DNA of 17,046 nucleotides from a virus (Duplodnaviria; Heunggongvirae; Uroviricota; Caudoviricetes): IMG/VR virus record IMGVR_UViG_2534682108_000005, positions 1 to 17,046 of that record; one strand, 5' to 3'. Shown piece by piece: positions 14,857 to 17,046 of this stretch (position 1 is its first letter; each line of letters starts with the position of its first letter). The notes under the pieces were generated by a model. It saw only the letters and a program-made list of their open reading frames with translations, ran no database searches and was not told where the DNA came from. The position numbers and the translations under genes were made by a program.

Positions 14857-15906
14857 ATGCTTAATACTGTAAAAATATCCAGTTGTGAGTTAGTCAACGC
14901 TGACTGCCTGGAATTTATCCGCTTGTTACCCGAAAATTCTGTTGACCTGATAGTCACGGACCCGCCGTACTTTAAAGTGAAGCCTGAGGGCTGGGATAAC
15001 CAGTGGAAGGGCGACGATGATTACCTGAAGTGGCTGGACCAGTGTCTTGCGCAGTTCTGGCGGGTGCTGAAACCTGCCGGAAGTCTTTACCTGTTCTGTG
15101 GCCATCGCCTGGCATCTGATATCGAAATCATGATGCGTGAACGCTTCAGTGTGCTGAACCATATCATCTGGGCGAAGCCATCCGGACGCTGGAACGGGTG
15201 CAACAAGGAAAGTCTGCGGGCGTATTTTCCGGCAACAGAGCGCATTCTGTTCGCGGAACATTATCAGGGGCCGTATCGTCCGAAAGATGCCGGGTATGAG
15301 GCGAAGGGCAGGGCACTGAAACAGCATGTGATGGCTCCGCTGATTGCTTACTTTCGTGATGCGCGTGCTGCCCTGGGGATAACGGCAAAACAGATTGCTG
15401 ATGCCACAGGAAAGAAAAACATGGTGTCGCACTGGTTCAGTGCCAGTCAGTGGCAGCTGCCGAACGAAAGCGATTATCTGAAATTACAGGCGCTGTTTGC
15501 CCGGGTGGCAGAAGAGAAGCATCAGCGCGGTGAACTGGAAAAGCCCCACCACCAGCTGCTGAAGACGTATACTTCACTGAACCGGCAGTATGTGGAACTG
15601 CAGAGTGAATATAAGCATCTGCGGCGGTATTTTGGCGTGACGGCGCAGGTGTCGTACACGGATGTGTGGACGCATAAACCGGTGCAGTACTATCCCGGGA
15701 AACATCCCTGTGAAAAACCGGCGGAGATGCTGCGGCAGATAATTTGTGCGAGCAGTCGTCCTGGTGACATGGTGGCGGATTTCTTCATGGGTTCTGGCTC
15801 AACCATAAAGGCGGCTATGGCGCTTGGGCGTCGTGCAATTGGTGTTGAGCTGGAGACCGGACGTTTTGAGCAGACAGTCAGGGAAGTTCAGGATTTAATC
15901 GTTTGA
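14857..15906 (+). CDS. DNA methyltransferase, amino-MTase beta class (N6-adenine or N4-cytosine); orphan
   Basis: Motif IV DPPY near the N-terminus (LIVTDPPYF) precedes motif I FxGxG near the C-terminus (DFFMGSGST), the beta-class order. About 150 aa of insert between them. No restriction endonuclease gene adjacent. Confidence 0.85.
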   Translation: MLNTVKISSCELVNADCLEFIRLLPENSVDLIVTDPPYFKVKPEGWDNQWKGDDDYLKWLDQCLAQFWRVLKPAGSLYLFCGHRLASDIEIMMRERFSVLNHIIWAKPSGRWNGCNKESLRAYFPATERILFAEHYQGPYRPKDAGYEAKGRALKQHVMAPLIAYFRDARAALGITAKQIADATGKKNMVSHWFSASQWQLPNESDYLKLQALFARVAEEKHQRGELEKPHHQLLKTYTSLNRQYVELQSEYKHLRRYFGVTAQVSYTDVWTHKPVQYYPGKHPCEKPAEMLRQIICASSRPGDMVADFFMGSGSTIKAAMALGRRAIGVELETGRFEQTVREVQDLIV

Positions 15907-15955
15907 AACGGATGAGATTGCAGAATTAATTACGCACCATTATTATTCTGCTCCC

Positions 15956-16031
15956 GGCCCTTTAGCTCAGTGGTGAGAGCGAGCGACTCATAATCGCCAG
16001 GTCGCTGGTTCAAATCCAGCAAGGGCCACCA
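15956..16031 (+). tRNA. tRNA with anticodon CAU (Met or lysidine-modified Ile2, ileZ-like)
   Basis: Manual cloverleaf: acceptor GGCCCTT/AAGGGCC, D-arm TAGCTCAGTGGTGAGAGC, anticodon loop CU-CAU-AA (anticodon at 15989-15991), T-arm GCTGG-TTCAAAT-CCAGC, discriminator A, encoded CCA. 76 nt. Confidence 0.85.
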
Positions 16032-16038
16032 TCACATA

Positions 16039-16115
16039 CCGCCATTAGCTCATCAGGAAAGAGCGCCAGCTTTCGAAGCTGGTTGCGCGGAGTTCGGGCC
16101 CCCGAAGGCGGTCCA
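16039..16115 (+). tRNA. tRNA-Arg-like with anticodon UCG and a non-canonical T-arm; possibly degenerate
   Basis: Acceptor CCGCCAT/AAGGCGG with one A-A mismatch, D-arm TAGCTCATCAGGAAAGAGC, perfect anticodon stem CCAGC/GCTGG with loop TT-TCG-AA, T-stem CGGAG/CCCCG with one mismatch, T-loop TTCGGGC (G in place of the conserved A58), encoded CCA. Confidence 0.5.
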
Positions 16116-16128
16116 TTATCGGTATTCA

Positions 16129-16205
16129 GCGTTGTTAGCTCAGCCGGACAGAGCAATTGCCTTCTAAGCAATCGGTCACTGGTTCGAATCCAGTACAACG
16201 CGCCA
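16129..16205 (+). tRNA. tRNA-Arg with anticodon UCU (argN-like)
   Basis: Acceptor GCGTTGT/ACAACGC, D-arm TAGCTCAGCCGGACAGAGC, anticodon stem ATTGC/GCAAT with loop CT-TCT-AA (anticodon 16163-16165), T-arm ACTGG-TTCGAAT-CCAGT, encoded CCA. 77 nt. Confidence 0.85.
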
Positions 16206-16480
16206 CACCACACTTATCTGCCCTGACTCTCTTTTGCGGGCTTTTTATTACAGGAAAGACACCGGACAGTGAAATGTTAAATGCCTCACAATTCAGGCAG
16301 TTGATGATTGTCTGGTTGACGGAGAGTTGTTAAAAAAGTTTTGCATGGTGAATCCCCCTGTGCGGAGGGGCAATCAGCGAGTAGGTATATGGGATAATCG
16401 CGGATTCAGGTGCTGGTACTGAATTCACCGGGAGGCACCCGGCACCATGCAGTTATGCAATGTAAATGTTCACACAAGCA

Positions 16481-16507
16481 AATCCCCTCTCCGGAGGGGA
16501 TTTTTTT
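16481..16507 (+). terminator. Strong rho-independent terminator
   Basis: 9-bp stem AATCCCCTC/GAGGGGATT with loop TCCG, followed by TTTTTTT. Confidence 0.7.
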
Positions 16508-16511
16508 ATGC

Positions 16512-16536
16512 AAAAAAAGCCCGAGTGGGTTCGGGC
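16512..16536 (-). terminator. Oppositely oriented rho-independent terminator, back to back with the previous one
   Basis: Stem GCCCGA/TCGGGC with a 6-nt loop; on the minus strand it is followed by the U-run encoded by the A7 tract at 16512-16518. Confidence 0.55.
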
Positions 16537-16596
16537 AACAGCATGAGATACCTGCATTGTCATTTTTATCGTGTGGATTTTAACCAGGGTTTATAA

Positions 16597-16625
16597 GGCT
16601 GCGCAACTGCGCGGCCTTTTTCGTT
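16597..16625 (+). terminator. Rho-independent terminator
   Basis: Stem GGCTGCGC, loop AACT, stem GCGCGGCC (one G-U pair), followed by TTTTTCGTTTT. Confidence 0.6.
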
Positions 16626-16715
16626 TTGCGGGCTGCGGTTCTCCTCTTTTGATTCTCCGTGTAGCCGGACCGTGGCCCGCAACTGTTGAGGAAAATCCCG
16701 GAAAGGGGAGGAATA

Positions 16716-17046
16716 ATGGCATTTAAACACTATGACGTGGTCAGGGCGGCGTCGCCGTCAGACCTTGCGGATGCGCTTGCTCAAAAAATTCGTTAAGGAT
16801 GGCAGCCATACGGCGGGCCGTTTTCTTCGTATACGGATGATGGCGCAGCACTTATTCAGGCGATTGTCGCTGAAGGTGATGTGAGCACACCTGTTGTGGT
16901 AACCAGTGATGATGGTAAAGAGGTGGTTATCAGAACCACCATCGAACCGGAATATTACTATGTTGTCGTCCTTGCCGGTCAGTCCAATGGTATGGCTTTT
17001 GGCGAAGGGCTGCCGTTACCTGAAACCTATGACCGCCCTGAGCCGC
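16716..17046 (+). pseudogene. Start of a DUF1737/SGNH-type esterase-like late gene (NanS-p-like) with an in-frame TAA at codon 27; runs off the window
   Basis: GGGGAGG SD before the ATG at 16716. MAFKHYDVVRAASPSDLADALAQKIR, then TAA at 16794-16796, then the same frame stays open to the window edge (GWQPYGGPFSS...VVVLAGQSNGMAFGEG...). GQSN is SGNH-hydrolase block I. The DUF1737 and NanS-p assignment is from memory. Confidence 0.5.

Noticed and set aside
14926-15432. 168-aa and 74-aa minus-strand ORFs inside the methyltransferase gene
   Set aside because: Antisense to a gene with unambiguous methyltransferase motifs.
16010-16213. 67-aa minus-strand ORF
   Set aside because: It overlaps all three tRNA genes; its translation is an artefact of the structured tRNA sequence.
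16206-16715. Shiga-toxin or other cargo genes at the Q/tRNA to late-gene junction
   Set aside because: No ORF longer than about 12 codons with a ribosome-binding site was found; the interval holds only hairpins and terminators.

Overview
This window reads as a Qin-like (DicA/DicB-type) lambdoid prophage segment from an E. coli-like enterobacterial genome, covering roughly int to the start of the late region. Reading left to right: a truncated integrase and excisionase (minus strand); a large exonuclease gene; a leftward small-gene operon that matches ydfA-ydfB-ydfC-dicF-dicB-ydfD in gene order and product sizes, including a DicF sRNA sequence I recognise; a ParE-type toxin-antitoxin pair placed directly downstream of the immunity repressor; a divergent Cro-like gene with operator palindromes; an O-like/P-like replication module with GTCAC iteron arrays inside the O-like gene; an AT-rich island carrying a serine esterase on the opposite strand; a hok-family toxin gene with an in-frame nonsense codon; a DUF968-like gene, rusA and a Q-like antiterminator with a candidate late promoter and terminator; an orphan DNA methyltransferase; three tRNA genes; a ~500 bp terminator-rich non-coding stretch; and the start of an esterase-like late gene interrupted by an in-frame stop. 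No CRISPR array, transposase or Shiga toxin genes were found. All calls are from manual reading of the sequence and ORF track; family assignments rest on recalled motifs and synteny, not database searches. The most likely candidates for something new are the AT-rich esterase island and the toxin-antitoxin pair wired to the immunity repressor.
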